Notes: generated by a model not told the origin, from the sequence alone. 64,000 bases of DNA from Tubiluchus corallicola (GCA_030141605.1 JAQGDQ010000530.1:88687-152686); one strand, 5' to 3'. Positions 38,141-52,900 are shown, numbered from the stretch's first letter. Numbers and translations are program-made.

Positions 38141-41100
38141 TGGTTTTATGAATTTAACAACGATACATACTCAATTGTAACCATCAGGGGCGAGAATGGT
38201 GTCGTTCTCAGTGTAGTAAAAGAGAGTGACTATATACTCACTCTTGCATCCAATCGTTTCTGTCACAGAATATTGAATGAATCAGTTCATTTGACAGGGT
38301 AAAGTATATTTTATAAACTGCTTCATAAACTAACAGAACTCATGCTAATTAATGATGGTCACTCAAGATCCATTGGTGCAATAAACATTTTCACAGTTCC
38401 TGCGATTGATGGTGATCGTGAAAAGGTCAAAGGATAAGAGTACCGTACAACGCATTTGTGAACACTTTACAACGCCTCGCAGCCCAAGATATTGTAACAG
38501 TAACAGTTTTAACCGCTAAATAGAAGCTTAATTACTTTATTTCTTCTTGTTCCCAAGCAAGATCGTACTAATAAATCACTCTATTCACTCTAAATCACCG
38601 CAAGCTCATTCGTAAACAAGTAAAGTACACGCAAAACAACAAACGTTACTGAACTGATGCGACAGTCGGTTTTGCTTCAGCAGGTCCTTTGACCTACAGG
38701 AACTGCGCGTGCGCACGACGAAACTGTAAAAGGACTTATTGATGTAAACGTCACTGCAATGGCACGAGTCTAGATCATAAACTGCTGCAGGCTCAGCTAT
38801 TGTACAAAATGCCTAGGTAAAATGTGAAAAGTCACAGTAAAAAGATTTATTTCACGCTTTTTCCGAAATATGTCAAATGCCTAGGAATTTAATAAACTGT
38901 TTAAATTTTTACTCACTGCCGTAAAAATAATACACAACAATACATGCGTCCATGAATTTTTTAAATCATCACATTGGTTATTTTAAGGTTTTAGCCTTTA
39001 AAATTATATTTCAAATATCAATGATAATAAAAAATTTTAAATACCACTTATAGTATCACTTGTCTGCAGCAATAAAGGTATTTTTTGCAGTTGTGTGAGA
39101 ATGTTCTGATAGTTCCGAGATGAATAATTATGCCCCATAACTCCAATTAATTATAAAGACCAAAAGAAGTTATTTAACAAAAAGCATAACAATTCGTTCA
39201 ATTTCGTAATGAACGAAGTTGCATCACATGTAGAAACCAGTAGGAATAACGGCCTCAGTTGAGCTGCTCCTTGAATACCCATCTGATGATGACAGATACT
39301 AAGAACAGACATTATGTCACTGGTTGCTAGGCAACACGGTAGCAGGAGAATAGGAAAGCAACGGAGAGACTAGAGACAAAGAGGGGCTGCGGTAACCAAG
39401 AGAGGGGCGGTGTTAAGCAATAGCTAATCGTAATGCTGCAACTCATTATGTTCATTTCATAATATAACCAATAAATTGACGCTAATCCCCAATAAATAAG
39501 TTACTTTCTTAAATTGATTATAAATTAATGCTATTTGTATTGATCCGTTAATTATGATAATATAATTAATTCAGAAATTTTAATAGAAGCTAATTTAAAT
39601 CAGAAGCTAAATAAATTTTAAACCATTTACGTATCTTGTATAACTGATATTGTACTATATTCTACATAGTATTCGACTGTTATTTCAATGCTAGATAACA
39701 AGACTAAGCGATTTCTCTAGAATTTAAATAAGTGAGGCTTTTTTCGTTCGGTTTTGTCTTTTGTATGAAGTTTCTTATTCTGTATCATTTTACTTGTTTT
39801 ACTACATATGTTGTTATAAAATTAAAACTAATTAAAATAAAATAAGAAATACGATAGAATAAAATAAAGCTATAATGTATTGTTAGCCTTATTTCTATTC
39901 TGTTATAGGGAATTAGATATCAACACGTGGCATCATTTGTGCATTGCGATCGATTGGAGCGAAGGTTTTTTAACGACTTACATTGATGGAAATGTGAAAG
40001 GGGAAGGTAAGTAAAATTGTGGACAAGTGAGTTGATGAATAATTGTTTCATTTATTGTTTTATTAATAATTATTGAATAAATGAATGATTGCTTCACTTG
40101 CATGGGAGAGCAGATACTAAGCGAAAACAGCAGCTGCCCGTAGTAGGTAGGAGGACACCATTAAGTAGAAATGTGCATCACTTGTTTTGTAATATAAAAC
40201 TAAAGAGAATAATCAAAATAAGGATTCACTCAAATGACTTGGTTAAAAGATTCTCATAATACAAACATCTAACAATTGAAACGTTAAATAAATGAAGCTG
40301 ATTTAAAACAAAACCGGAGCCGATCTTAAACTGTAGATCAAAACAATCTACTCTGTAAAACATTGAAAGGAAACGTACTATTTTTTCAAAAATGACTTAC
40401 AGGAAAGAATTATTATCACACAAACACAATTTCGCGTTCGCGCCACTAGTTCTTCGCTGGTACATGCATTTCGCCATTCGCTAGTTAGACGGGCACTAGC
40501 GCCTGCATTTCGGAAACGCATTATTCAAAAACAGGTGCTGTACCTCCCAGTTCAGATCTGTTCGACAGCTCATGGGTGAGCACAGCGGTAAATTTGAAAT
40601 TTGAATTTTTATCTTAAACCTTTCCTAGTTTTAGTGCAACACAATGAATATCTTACAGTCGCACTGTACTTAAATTTTGGGTTTCGCAAATACGTGCAAC
40701 ACGCTCGTGGAATATTTTTGTTGTTGAAAATTATGTTAGTTTGTGATGTCATCAATAGTTGGGCTCGCCCACCGTTACTTAAGTTTTACTTTATTATTTC
40801 ATTATCAGAAGCGCTTTTCCAGTATTACTGGTGTTAAAATGTATAATTTTTATCGCACTTGAAAATGGGCAAAATAGTAGACGAAAAACCATCCTTTCTT
40901 CCTTTAAGATTAGCAATCACTTCAAGCAGGCAAGCACCATCAAGCTAGCACGAGTGACAACGAGGCTTTACTGAAAAAATGTATAAAAAGTGTTTTTTTC
41001 GTTGCGTTTATTAATAAAGCAGCAGCGTCTATACTTTGACATGTATAGTGAAAGCGTGAGGTTTACTGTCGATATTAGGTCATTATAATATTATATCCAT

Positions 41101-44100
41101 AACACGAGTAAATTTACTTCCATAGTTTCATAATTATTAATTATTATACTATTCCTGCCTTGGCAGCGTAGTGGTTAAAGGAAAAGAAAAGAGAATTTTA
41201 AGTTGTGCTCAGAAAACTTTCCTACAAAATTACAATGAAAAGCATTATGCTTACCAAAGGCTGCTGAGAGGATTTTTACGCACCGGAGCAAGACAAATTT
41301 TGTGCCCCTCCCTCACTTGTACAAGGACATGAAGACAACAACATGCAGTACAATAATTTACGTTCACTAAACATTATTTTTTAATAAGTCAAATATGTTT
41401 ATTCACATAATACGTCATACATAACAGTTCATTTTCTGCTAACTAAGGCTGCCCGACTCGTAGAAAAGCGTACAGGTGAGCTTTGATTGGACAATGCACA
41501 AAACTGACAATGCACAATGCAAAATTGGAAATTATCCTGTAGCGTGGACCCGCGCAAATTGTTGGAAGTAACCTGCATAAATCAAGTTAAAACTTCACAC
41601 GTTTTACAGTACTATACAGTACTAGTTGCCTATTGTTTAGCTTATGATGTAAAGTCAAATGTAGGTGAGAATCCGACAAAATTCAAAGATTCTATCTTAA
41701 ACGATGCATAACCAAAGTAGGGCAACTGATTGGACAAGAATTCGACCAGTCATACCGACGTACAAATTTTAATATTTATGGGCCCCGGGACTTTATGGGC
41801 CCCCGAGCAATGTACCGGCTGCGCCCCCGGCCTGGGCTTACCTGTTTGAAAGACTTATACAGTTTCTAGCTGAAAAGCAAATCTTAATAATAATTTAAAA
41901 TGTCCGCTGGTAAAAGCTGTAGCTTCACTATCCCAGCGCACTTCAAAAATGTCACTGATTCACAAAAAAACACATTATTAATCTTATTGACAAGATAAAG
42001 CAATTTATGCTTTTGCTTAGTTAGTGAAGTGAGCGCTACGAATGCTCTGATGATTTTTTCTGAACTTTTCACATTAACAATGTTATATAAACTTGTTTTT
42101 AAACGTCATACCTAATGCTCATTATGGTCGTTTAAATTTTCAAGATATGTACAACTTTACTTGCTGTAAATTCTGTTATAACGTGTCATTCAAACTGCGT
42201 GGGAACAAAATGTCTGTCCAAATTTCGAAAGGTTCTTTGCAAGATGTTTCTTGTTTTCAAGTTGCATATTTTCAGGTGTGTCAAAACCCTAACATCTTTG
42301 CCATTATATGTTACAGAGTATTTTGCCATTCATTTGGCAGATTTCGGCAGACAAGTAACAGTAGAAATCGGTACTTCTCCCTGTACTCTAATACCAGGTG
42401 TTCATGAATCTACTCCTGATGACTTCAAGGGCTACATCACAGATGCAATAACATTTTCCTACAGTTTTCCATTGCCCCGCGTTGGTAAGTAAAATTCGTA
42501 TTGCACATCCCGGATGCTTCGTGATACATTGCATTCTAAAATGCATCCTTTCTGCAATCCTGCTAGGCTATATTAAAAACAAATACAGTTAATTGATATT
42601 ACGCAAAACGTGTAAATTACCGTTTCAAAAAATACAAGAATTACATAAAAACTTATATGCATAAGTATCAAAATTACCATTACATACAAGAGAACACCAA
42701 AAGGAAGCATTTTTAACTTATAAAAGAATTTTTGTTTGCATTTTTTACGTAAATTTAAAAGGGTAAATGGTAAAGGCTTTCTTATTAGAAAAGGGGAAAA
42801 GAATTTAATAAGTCCAACATTTTATATTTGATGTTGTCACCAAGCCCACTTTAGTATGATTGTGTTGTCTTTACTGCATTGGTACTAGTACGATTAGTAA
42901 TACTCTCAGTAAAGCTATTGATTAATTCAGGCCTCAACTGAGAAAAGTAATTGAAGAGTCAGGAAAATATGTTGAACAGTTTTTATAATGTAAGTAAAAA
43001 CAAAAGGTGGACCATTAATTATATTATTTTTTTGTTTCTTTTGCAAATTTGAAGCTTTTTACTTGGACAGCGTTAAGATCTCCATTTTTTCATTTAAACT
43101 TGGTATTAGTCATAATACGTGTATTTATCTGGATGCCAAAAAAAAAATAAAAAAATTCAAGATTTTTTTAAAAGGGTTACCTTTTTGTGTCCACCCGTTA
43201 TATAAAGAAATAAAATTACATTTAGAAACATTAAGTTTATTGTACAATTTTTACAGCACAAGTTAAACGTTCATTAATTAGGAAAATAAGAATAATAAAT
43301 AATGTGCATTCGTGTGCATTCTCTGTCTACCTGACTGTGTTCATTAATATGCAGTCTGTAACGATGACGTCAAACGGTTTTCATGTAAGTTTTTCTAATC
43401 GTACATTACTGTTATCTCTCGACTCCAAATTTTGCACGTGTCCTCGTCAAAGGTTGTAGATTCAATGTTGTAAAAATACCACAGTGCTCTCCAATCTTTT
43501 TTGCTTTAGAACACAATCAGGGGCGTGCTGACCAATAGGCTGACTAGGCTATTGTCTAGGGCGCCAAAATTTAAGGGCGTCACATTTTAGCAAAATTCTT
43601 ATTCTCCTCGAAAATGTGTAAACTTTTATATATATTAATATACAGGGCGTATTTTATAACACACCACAGATAGTTACTGAGCCTTGCTTTTATATAAGTG
43701 CCAATTAACGAACAGGGGTAAGGTATACCTGTTTGTATATAAGCGCTAATACATCTAATTAATAATGACCACGTAGAAACAGGTTAATAGTGTTTCTAAT
43801 ACACCACAAGTAATTGTTTAATGAATCCGTATTTTTGAATGGATCAAATTGTTTCTTGAGTCTCATAAAATGAACGTACGTAATGTTGTGAATAGGTAGT
43901 GACGGTACAAAAACACAGACACACGAGTAAGTCAATAAAGTAAATTGAACAAACATGGCTTACATCATCACCACAGATATCAAGATTCGACACATGCAAA
44001 AACACAGACACATGAGTCAGTCAATAAAGTAAATTGAACAAACATGGCTTACATCATCAGCGCAGATATCAAGATTGACACATACAAAAACACCGACACA

Positions 44101-45132
44101 TAAGTCAAGCAATAATGTAAATTGAATAAACATAGCTTACATCATCAGCACAGATATCAATTTCATTTGTAGAGGACGGATATTTTTGTGGCTTGATTGG
44201 TGACGTATTGTTTACAAAACACTTAAAAAATTATGGCATTGTGAAAAATAGCCATAAATGACATTGAAATCATAACTATGGAAAAGCAACTTGAGTTTCA
44301 TATTCACTTAACTATTAAATCACAATAGTTCACGTCTGTCAATACGTTTAGTTAAACTTTTATTCTTATGAAACACAACAACGAAGACGACAAAGGCGAC
44401 GGCAGCAGCAGCAGTAACAACACTAATCTTATTATATTTAAGTAGGCTATTTAAGAATTAAGTTAAACAGATTTAATCAGTTTTCATTGGATACATTGAT
44501 GCCAATTGAACTGAACTGAAAAAATTGAATAGCTAGGCATTAGTATGCCAATTTTTCTAATTTGCCAATATAATAATATTTTTATTATAATACTTCAACT
44601 AACTCGCGTTTTTGCCATGTTACGCAATTGTATTTATCGTATTTTGTATTTGTTCTTGTGTTTTGTTTCTGCATTGTTGTAATTTTATTTTTTGCCATGT
44701 TACGTAAAAGTACAATCATATTTTTATTACAATACTTGTACTACCTCGCGTTTTTGCCATGGTACGTAACTGTACTCGTGCAAATAAACTTGAATTGAAT
44801 TAAATCTTTGAATAATCATTCTCTTACTTACGTCTACAAACTTACTAAATATAGGTATTATCATTGCAGGTGAATTGTATTCGACATGCCACAACATCTA
44901 TGGTGATCTAACTAACTGGAAACTTGAAGATATCAAGTACATAAGGGGTGACGTAAGCTTAAAGACCCCGAGTACTTGTCCTTATGCAGCTGACGATGAA
45001 GAGCTCTGTGTGAGCGAAATACCGGAAAATATATGGTATCGTCTTGTCTACGCCGTGGACGACTGTTATGACAGATCACAGGAGAATAGATACAAAGCCA
45101 ACCAACTTGAGAAAGAATTGCTGCATAAGTAG
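38141..45132 (+). CDS. Pentraxin / LamG-like domain protein, 3' exons
   Basis: Exons 38141-38298, 39909-40006, 42317-42484, 44870-45132 splice in frame: WFY..NTWHHLCIAIDWSEGFLTTYIDG..VEIG..DFKGYITD..ELYSTCHNIYGDLTNW..GDV..STC, the HxCxxW..YxDG / FxGxI / GNxxxW pattern of pentraxins. Confidence 0.8.
40302..40907. mobile_element. TTAA-type MITE family B copy
   Basis: Similarity to 17470-18091. Confidence 0.8.
43905..44160. repeat. About 90-bp tandem repeat, 3 diverged copies
   Basis: gtaaattgaacaaacatggcttacatcatca repeated. Confidence 0.8.
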
Positions 45133-45169
45133 TGATTGTGAACTGTCATGCAAGTTTTTATCCATGATA

Positions 45170-45626
45170 GTGGGGCAGTTAAGTCATATACTAAAAGAAT
45201 TGTGCATTTCATGATTAAAGCATGAAATTTTCTCCAGAGTTTTGACAGACTATGAAGTCCGTTTTCAGATATGGAGGCATTTCAGATTTGACCTCTTGGA
45301 CCAGGTAAAGGGCAAAGACTTTCACGCTGTCAAATTATTATTTTTTCTTACTTTTTCATAGACATAAAGGACATTCTCACTATTAAGCTTCTATTTGTAC
45401 AGTCTTATTGCACATATATTATATGTAACTGCTGTACATAATATTTTAAGACAGGAAATCATGAAAAGATTGCAACAAAATAAATTATAGCCTCTCAAGG
45501 TCACCAAAGGTGAGATACAAAATGCCTCCACATCTGAAATAAAACCTGGAGGTATGAAGATTATATGCTGAAACTTTCATGCTTTAGTCATCAAGTGCAC
45601 TATTGTTTGGTTTATCAGCCCCACTG
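45170..45626. mobile_element. MITE with long imperfect TIRs
   Basis: agtggggc..taaagcatgaaa / tttcatgctttag..gccccact. Confidence 0.7.
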
Positions 45627-46559
45627 TGAATAGCTATTTATAAGATAATGTTTATTTACAAGATAGAGAAAATTATAAGATACATAAGATAAAGATGATA
45701 AGACTTTCCAACATAGCAGTGCGCACACTTTTTACCTGATTTCAGTTCAGTTCAAGTTCGTTCTCAGCTCAATGCACGAGCCATGCCAACATCTTTCCCC
45801 TTATAGCAAAGCTTATTCCACAATCAAAAGCTATGTCTACTAGTACTGCTATCCGTAAAAAGTTTAGCCATCAGGCAACTGGCAGAGCATAAACATACAC
45901 AAATGCACTTATGATACTGCAGGTATAACTGCTATACGTAAATTCAGACAATGCAAACCAAAACTTTGAGATTCTCCAGACAATAGCAGTGCGCGCGCTT
46001 TTTACCCGATTTCAATTCAGTTCAAGTTCGTTCTCAACTCAACGCACGAGCCATGCCAACTTTAGCAAAGGTATTTTTGCTGCTATCATGACAATAAAAT
46101 TTTGCACGCGTTTGTGTTATATTTTATTGGATTCGTTATGATTTATTAAATCAATCAGATACGAATAGAAGTAAAAAACTTGAAGGAAGGCTAAGTAAAG
46201 TCTATCCATCAAAGGTCTGTTATTGACCATTGTTAGTCATTTTATTTAACGGTTTAATTTCAACAGATTTACTTTGGTTAGTCTCATTTCTAGGTGAATA
46301 AGGCTCACAACTAGTAGTGTTTTTCATAATATCGATTCCTCTTTTTTATTGTCTATTTATGCCTGCAGATCAATTTTAGACAGATTAATTTAATCTATTT
46401 ATTTTATTATTATTTAGATATATTTATATTCTAAGGTTTAATTAACATTGAAAGGCTGAATTGTTTTCCTATGAATATATACTAACAATGTACATGTACA
46501 TTAAAAAGATTAGCTTAAAAATCACTAATATTAGTTTTCAAATCTACTTATGTTATGAT

Positions 46560-46926
46560 CATAGGCATACGAGGCGGGGGGGGGTCGGCGAGGAGGGGGC
46601 GCTTTGCCATTTAATATTTTAAGGGCAAAAGCTGATTATAATGTTTCTTACGCAACGAAAAACTTAAATGAGATTTGAGCTCTTGTTTGAAGTGTGAAAT
46701 GGTTGTAATTTCACGAATGTTCTGTGACAGTTGTTCTGTGGTTTAAATACATTGTTCTTAGATACATTAGTCAGTCTATACCCTTCATTTATTACGTAGC
46801 CGGTTGTTTGCAATTATTTGGAAATCACTCAAACTAGGACAACTTGGAAATTTTCAGGGCAACTTGGAAATTCCTTCTGCCCTACCACCCCCCCCCCTTT
46901 GGAGGACTTCCTCGCGTATGCCTATG
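46560..46926. mobile_element. hAT-type MITE
   Basis: TIR cataggcatacg / cgtatgcctatg; perfect 8-bp TSD gttatgat. Confidence 0.9.
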
Positions 46927-47756
46927 GTTATGATTTGCAATGATATGTAATTACTTTAGTTACCTATAGGATAAAATGTAGCTTTTTTAGGCTACTGGAA
47001 ATATAAATGCTTTTTTTGTATTTTTAGAGAAACCTTAACGATATAGCTTTCCACATTAATGCGTCTCAATCTACCACAATTTTGCAGCATTAATTGGCCA
47101 AACATCATAATCCATTAAGATTTGATGAATAACTGTGACTGTGACGGTGACTGTGACTGTGACGGTGCACTTATATTTCTTGATTTTGGATTGTGAACCT
47201 ATTTATTTAGTTAGGCTGGAAAGCGCACCTCACAAAAGAAATAGATTTTTATTAACCATCGAATTAAAGACGTGATGAGCCGAAACACGGATTTCTTAAA
47301 GCACCAAACTACAAATGGTGAATGGCAATTTAATACAGTGAATTTCACAGAAGAAACTCAAGCATTTTTTTATTGCCAAACAAACAAGAATCCATGTTTT
47401 GGACAGTTTTAACACGCCAATAAACAAATTTTTACTAATTATAAGTATATTTTTACTAAATATAAGTATATTTTTACTAATTATAGGTGTGGAAATATTC
47501 GCGGTTTAAAGAAAACTGGGCTCGAATTTAAATAAAGAAATAAAGCAAAATTATTTTAGTAAGATTTTCTATTTATGCGACTACTTATTGGACGTAGAGT
47601 GTAAAGCTTGGCTGCATGCCAAAGAAACGTAGTTTAAAATACAGTATATCAAAATGCATTAAAAGATGACTAAAGGCTCTTGCATCAGTTATTAGGTGCA
47701 AAATTAAGTACAAAAAATATAAATTTTGTCGCTCTACTCAACATTTTAACAGCGAC

Positions 47757-48266
47757 TTAAAGCGTCGGCAACTTTGTTGTCAACACCTCTGACATGCTCG
47801 ATTTGGAACGAATATTCAGACAACATCATTGCTCAATTACATAAGCGTCCGTTTCCTTTCCGAATCTTATTCAATAAGACAAGACTGTTGGTCAGTTCGC
47901 AAAACGAATGTTCTACCTTCAATTGGTACATCCCCTAGTCCGTCTTCACGGTCTTGTGAAAGTACGGCCCCTAACCCAACAAAGCTAGCGTCTGTTGTGA
48001 GTATGAACGTTTTTGAGAAATCAGGTGAGTGCAAAACTGATTCTGAAGTGAGGGCATTACGTAGTTGCTGAAAACTATTTTCTGCGGCTTGTGTCCATTT
48101 CTACCTGCACAGGAGAATATTTTTCTGTCAAGGCATTAAGTGGTGCAGCAACGGAACCAAAGTTAGACACAAAACGTCGGTAAAAACCAACCATGCCGAG
48201 AAAACGGCGTACTCGAGGTTTTGTGACTGGCCTGGGAAAAATTTGAATTTGCTGCACTTTCTTCAT
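47757..48266 (-). mobile_element. Decayed Ty3/Gypsy pol fragment (RT connection + RNase H)
   Basis: RRFLGMVGFYRRFVSNF..AAPL, PDFSKTFILTTDASFVGLGAVLSQ, FQIEHVRGVDNKVADALSR with frameshifts and stops. Confidence 0.92.
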
Positions 48267-48795
48267 TTTTCACCTACAGCAACTGCGCGTGCGCACAACG
48301 AAACTGTGAAAACACTTCAATGCATAACGAAGAAATTTTTAATTTACCTTCGCTTCAATGGAATAGAAGCAAATGGATGAGAATGAAAGTAATATTTCAT
48401 GAGTGTCACATGAGCGCAGCGAAATAATAATGATCATAATCCTGTCTCTAATGGACACGCTGTTGCTAAATCAATTCAGCAATTATTACTAACGCAGATG
48501 TTACGATATTGAGGATAGACAAAAAAGTATTGTGCTCTGCTCAACCAAGTCTATAGTAAAAGCCTGGTTAGGTAACCTAAGTACAGGAACTGCGATGGAA
48601 CCATTTTGCCCGATTTCTTGGTCAAAGGAAATTGGGGCATAAGTGCCCTAGATTACTTTTGGCTTTATTTTCTGCTTTGTAATGGTTGTGAAACCAGTTG
48701 TTGCACTAAGTTTTACAAGGTGGTTACAAAATATGGCAATAAATCTTTAGAAATAAGACATAAAAAGAAATCAGTGTCAAAATTGCTCACACATT

Positions 48796-49418
48796 TAACT
48801 CCTTCAGGACCATAAGCATTTGCTACATTTTGCATGGGTTCATGAAAAACTGCTCTCACTAAGCAGCGATTACGTTATATTTGATAATTGTTGTAGGTTT
48901 CTACTCCTCATACAATGGATTTTCATGCAAAATTATACAATTATACATGAATTGCATTTGCTTACCTTAGACAAATTAAAAATCAAGTTTTGATGAAAAC
49001 GTGGAAAAAGCTTTCAGTAGCTGCAGTGGTTGCACTGTAACAATATACGGTATCACTTGTGTGAAATCAACTAATGCAGAATATTCCAACTATTCAGACA
49101 CTTTGGCTTTAAGCCTACTCCATCTTTAAGAAGAAATTCCTGTTAAAAGATGAAACGACCTTAATTTGTCCCTGGCTGATCGTTTGGTTTTCCTGGAATA
49201 GCAGGCTGTAGCAAGCAGGCGATCAATAAAGTAGTGTGTACGATCACGCTAGTGTTAAATCACAAATAAACGTTTAAACGAATAACATGCTTGGATAGCC
49301 AAATTCTCCTGAATAGAACAATACCAAATTTATAATCATATAATTATGTCTGTGCTCATACAGTAGCAAACCTACTTTTATAAGACCTAATTGAATGGTG
49401 CAGTCCTGAAGGAGTTGA
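48796..49418. mobile_element. piggyBac-like MITE family F copy
   Basis: ttaactccttcaggacc...gtcctgaaggagtt. Confidence 0.8.
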
Positions 49419-49927
49419 GCAAGTCGTTCCAACGTGAATACTTTTGTCCCAGGGCTAATTTAGGATTGTTAGCATTAGCCTGTCACTGTGTTTTTAGTAA
49501 CATTAATGAATGGTTTAGGATTAACTTAGCAAACTACTAGTAGCCAGCTTCTCAACTCTATCGTTCACACTGAATGTCGTGTCTTGGTAGCCCATTCAAA
49601 AGCTTATCTCATATTAGAATATTAGAAAGTAAGTTGCAAATTTTGCTTAGCTAATGAAACTAATCCAAATTCAAACTTAAATAAAACATAATTAAAGGTG
49701 GGTGAATTAGAAATAATTATTACTTCCCCGAAAGGATCAAGGCTATCACGTTGCCAGGGCCACCGGACACGGGATATAAAATGTGCTACTTTGTGGAACG
49801 ATTGCACAGTTGTCTGCAGGCTACAATGCTTCAACTATTCAACATCAGCATATTAAAAGAAAAGATAATGTCGGAAAGGCTGCATAATTCAAGACTTAGA
49901 TATTCTCTTCGCTTCATTCAATGAAAT

Positions 49928-52900
49928 ATGTCACCAAGGACGCCACCGTTTCTCTCTTTGTTGATAGTAACGGCTTTCAACACTTTTCAATACCCCCTTC
50001 TGCTACTCTGGTTTCTCGTTCTACAAGAGTTGATCAGCAAAGCGATTGGTATGTATGTTTTAATAGTAAAGTAAAATTCTTCTTTTAGAGAACTAACATT
50101 TTCAAAGTTAAACTATTAACAAAACTTTTTAAGTTCATCTAATTTTCTGTTTTGTGATAAATTTGTGAGATGTTATCAAGCTGCGTTGCTAAGGCTCATT
50201 ATGTTACAAAATCTTTATATAAGCAATAAATCAATATGGAATAAAAAACGCTGCATTATGTAACAAATCACAAAATTCGTCACTATATAATTTTTTTGCG
50301 TCATTATTGTAATAATCTGCGTCAATGTAGCAAAAAACTATGTATTATTTAATAAACTAATGCAGGGTTGGTCATGGTCTGTGTATAGGTCTTTCTGTAA
50401 CATATCATAATATGATTTTGTTTTATTTATTGGAGTGGGTTAGTTTCTTTCTGTGCTAGATGTGGATTTGTGCTCGATCTGTCAGGAGTTCCGGTCAGTG
50501 GTTGTTTGTCTTGGACCTAGTCTTCAGAGGTCTGACCTGTGACTGGACTGCCTAGTTTCTGGTTCAGGGGGCTGGTATGGCTGAGGTCAGACCTATCTCT
50601 GATTTCATCTATCAGTGGTCTGTCTGTAGCGGTCTCAATAGACTTGTAGGAGTCTGGTCTGTTTGTAGTATGATCTAACAGAAACCTAATGTGTCTGTTC
50701 TTTTTAGGGTCTTGTCTTCAGGGCTTTGAACTATCAAGAGAGTAATACTAAAGCTCATCTCATCTGTCTGACAATAGCAATCTATGAAGACTAGACTTCA
50801 GACAGACCAGTTACAAACCACCTCTGATAGATTAGACCTCTAAGCATCCAACAACAGAGAATAACAGAACAACCACAGACCAGGATTCTGATAAATCAGA
50901 CTTCAGGCAAACTAGACTCCTGTCAGTCAACTGAGACCAGTCACAGGCCAAACCTTTGACAATTCAAGCAGTAATCTACCTGTTGATCAGTTGGTCAGTC
51001 TGTCAATAAATCAGGCAGACATTCAGTAAGTTAATCAGTCAGAGAGAGATTACATATGAACGTTTGGAAAGTGCATTATCTGACTAAGGCCCATTTCATA
51101 GTGAGGACGCGAGGCAAAATTCTTCATGCAATTCCTTGTGAGGAATTCTATTGCCGTCTAGAAGCTATGCGTCCTCCTCGAGAGGAATTTAGCCGCATGG
51201 TAGAAATACTTCGTGTTCCATTTTCATGAGGAATCCTCGCGGAATTCTACTTAAATTTAACTACTCAATTACTTCTTTCTTACTAAACGAATAACTATTA
51301 ACACATTTCAGCATAGAATTAGAAGATTTAGTCTCCCTTTTAACTGACTGACGATTTCATGTTTTATTAATGCAACATCGACGGCTATATTCGTGAAAAA
51401 GAATAATAACGCACGCGTATTTTTATTTTATGTATGTATATTTTGAGACTGAAGTCGTTAGTAGAACCTTACTAAAAAACAAACAGGTCTGACATTACAT
51501 TGACTCTCATTATTAATTGTACTTTGTATGCGAGAAATACGGCAACTATAACTTAATTTGACATGATTATACAGTATAAAACTCGCAAAGTAGCTGCAGC
51601 TAACTGTGAAATGAACTTTCTTGCTAAATTTTTCTAAATATTCTCTGATTTTCTGACAACATTTGATGCGTCATTTTCCTTGCGTCTTCACTGTGAAATT
51701 GGCCTAAAGTGAACAGGCGGACAAATAGGCAGGAAAGCTGGCAAATATGCTGACAGACTGCTGATAAGGTGCATAACTAAGCATTTGACATTATTAGACC
51801 TGCCTGTTGTCATATTTTATTGTTGGTTTGTAAACATCTTTTTACCTTACAGATAATCATTATCAAACTATATTGGAGTTCATTTGTCTATAGTCAATGG
51901 TGTCATGTGAACGATTTATTCCTTGTTAAGAATGAGTTGCTTGAACATTAATTTAACAACTGCAAAGTTACTACTGATAACAGCAGTATTTATATTTGTT
52001 ACAGGTACGTATTTAACATTATAGTAACCATGCAAACTGTGTGTGCCGTGCGTCGTGAATGGCTGCTGAAACTTTTCTTTAAAATTAGCATAAAAGCCTG
52101 TGCATAATTCCTATTAAATTTTAAATGGTTGACGAAATTTCTGATCTGGTCAGAAACTGATGATTTTGAAACAACAGCTACACAAAATTAGACCTTGAAA
52201 TGATTTTATTCAAGTCGTATTTCTTGATAATCTAGGATCTCACGCCCTCACAACGAAATGGCAAATTGTAACTTTTCGATCAGTGACCCATGGGTCAAAG
52301 GTCAACTAATCTTTTTTCAACTTATACCATTCTATGCATGTAATCGAGACCTTTCATTTCATGTACTACAAGTTAGTTTTGTTTTGAGCTGCAAACATTT
52401 TGACTCCCCAGACCATCCATCCATCCATCCATCCATCCATCCATCCATCCATCCATCCATCCATCCATCCATCCATCCATCCATCCATCCATCCATCCAT
52501 CCATCCATCCATTCGTTTCATATATGATTATCTACAGCCATATAAGCAGTTTTATAGTTTTATTATTTAAGATTTTTGTATTTTGAATAATTGCCTGTGT
52601 TCTTTGCCTGCTGTTGAATTAGTAAAATACAAAATGGCCGATGCTGGCACGGGATTTAACAAACTTTTGTGGAAACAAAAAATTCAATGGTTAATAATTT
52701 AAAAATGACAACTAATATTATAGATTAGCTACTACCACGTTTACAGTGTCTTCCTTCCCATCTTGCTCTCGTCCTCTTTCTCTCCCTCTCAATTCCTTCT
52801 CTGGTTACAAACAACTTGTACAAACCAAACCACTTAGTTCTCAATCCGCTTCAAGAACTAATTTCTTACGAGAAGAGAATTGTAAACTTGAGCCATGATT

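Noticed and set aside
39283-39310. CTGATGATGACAG as a third hammerhead; also gtgatgagccgaaac near 47272
   Set aside because: The first has no closing stem II or GAAA; the second has a broken core and no stem.
50460-50960. Degenerate gtctg/cagac inverted region as structured RNA
   Set aside because: Only patchy complementarity; more consistent with an old foldback repeat.
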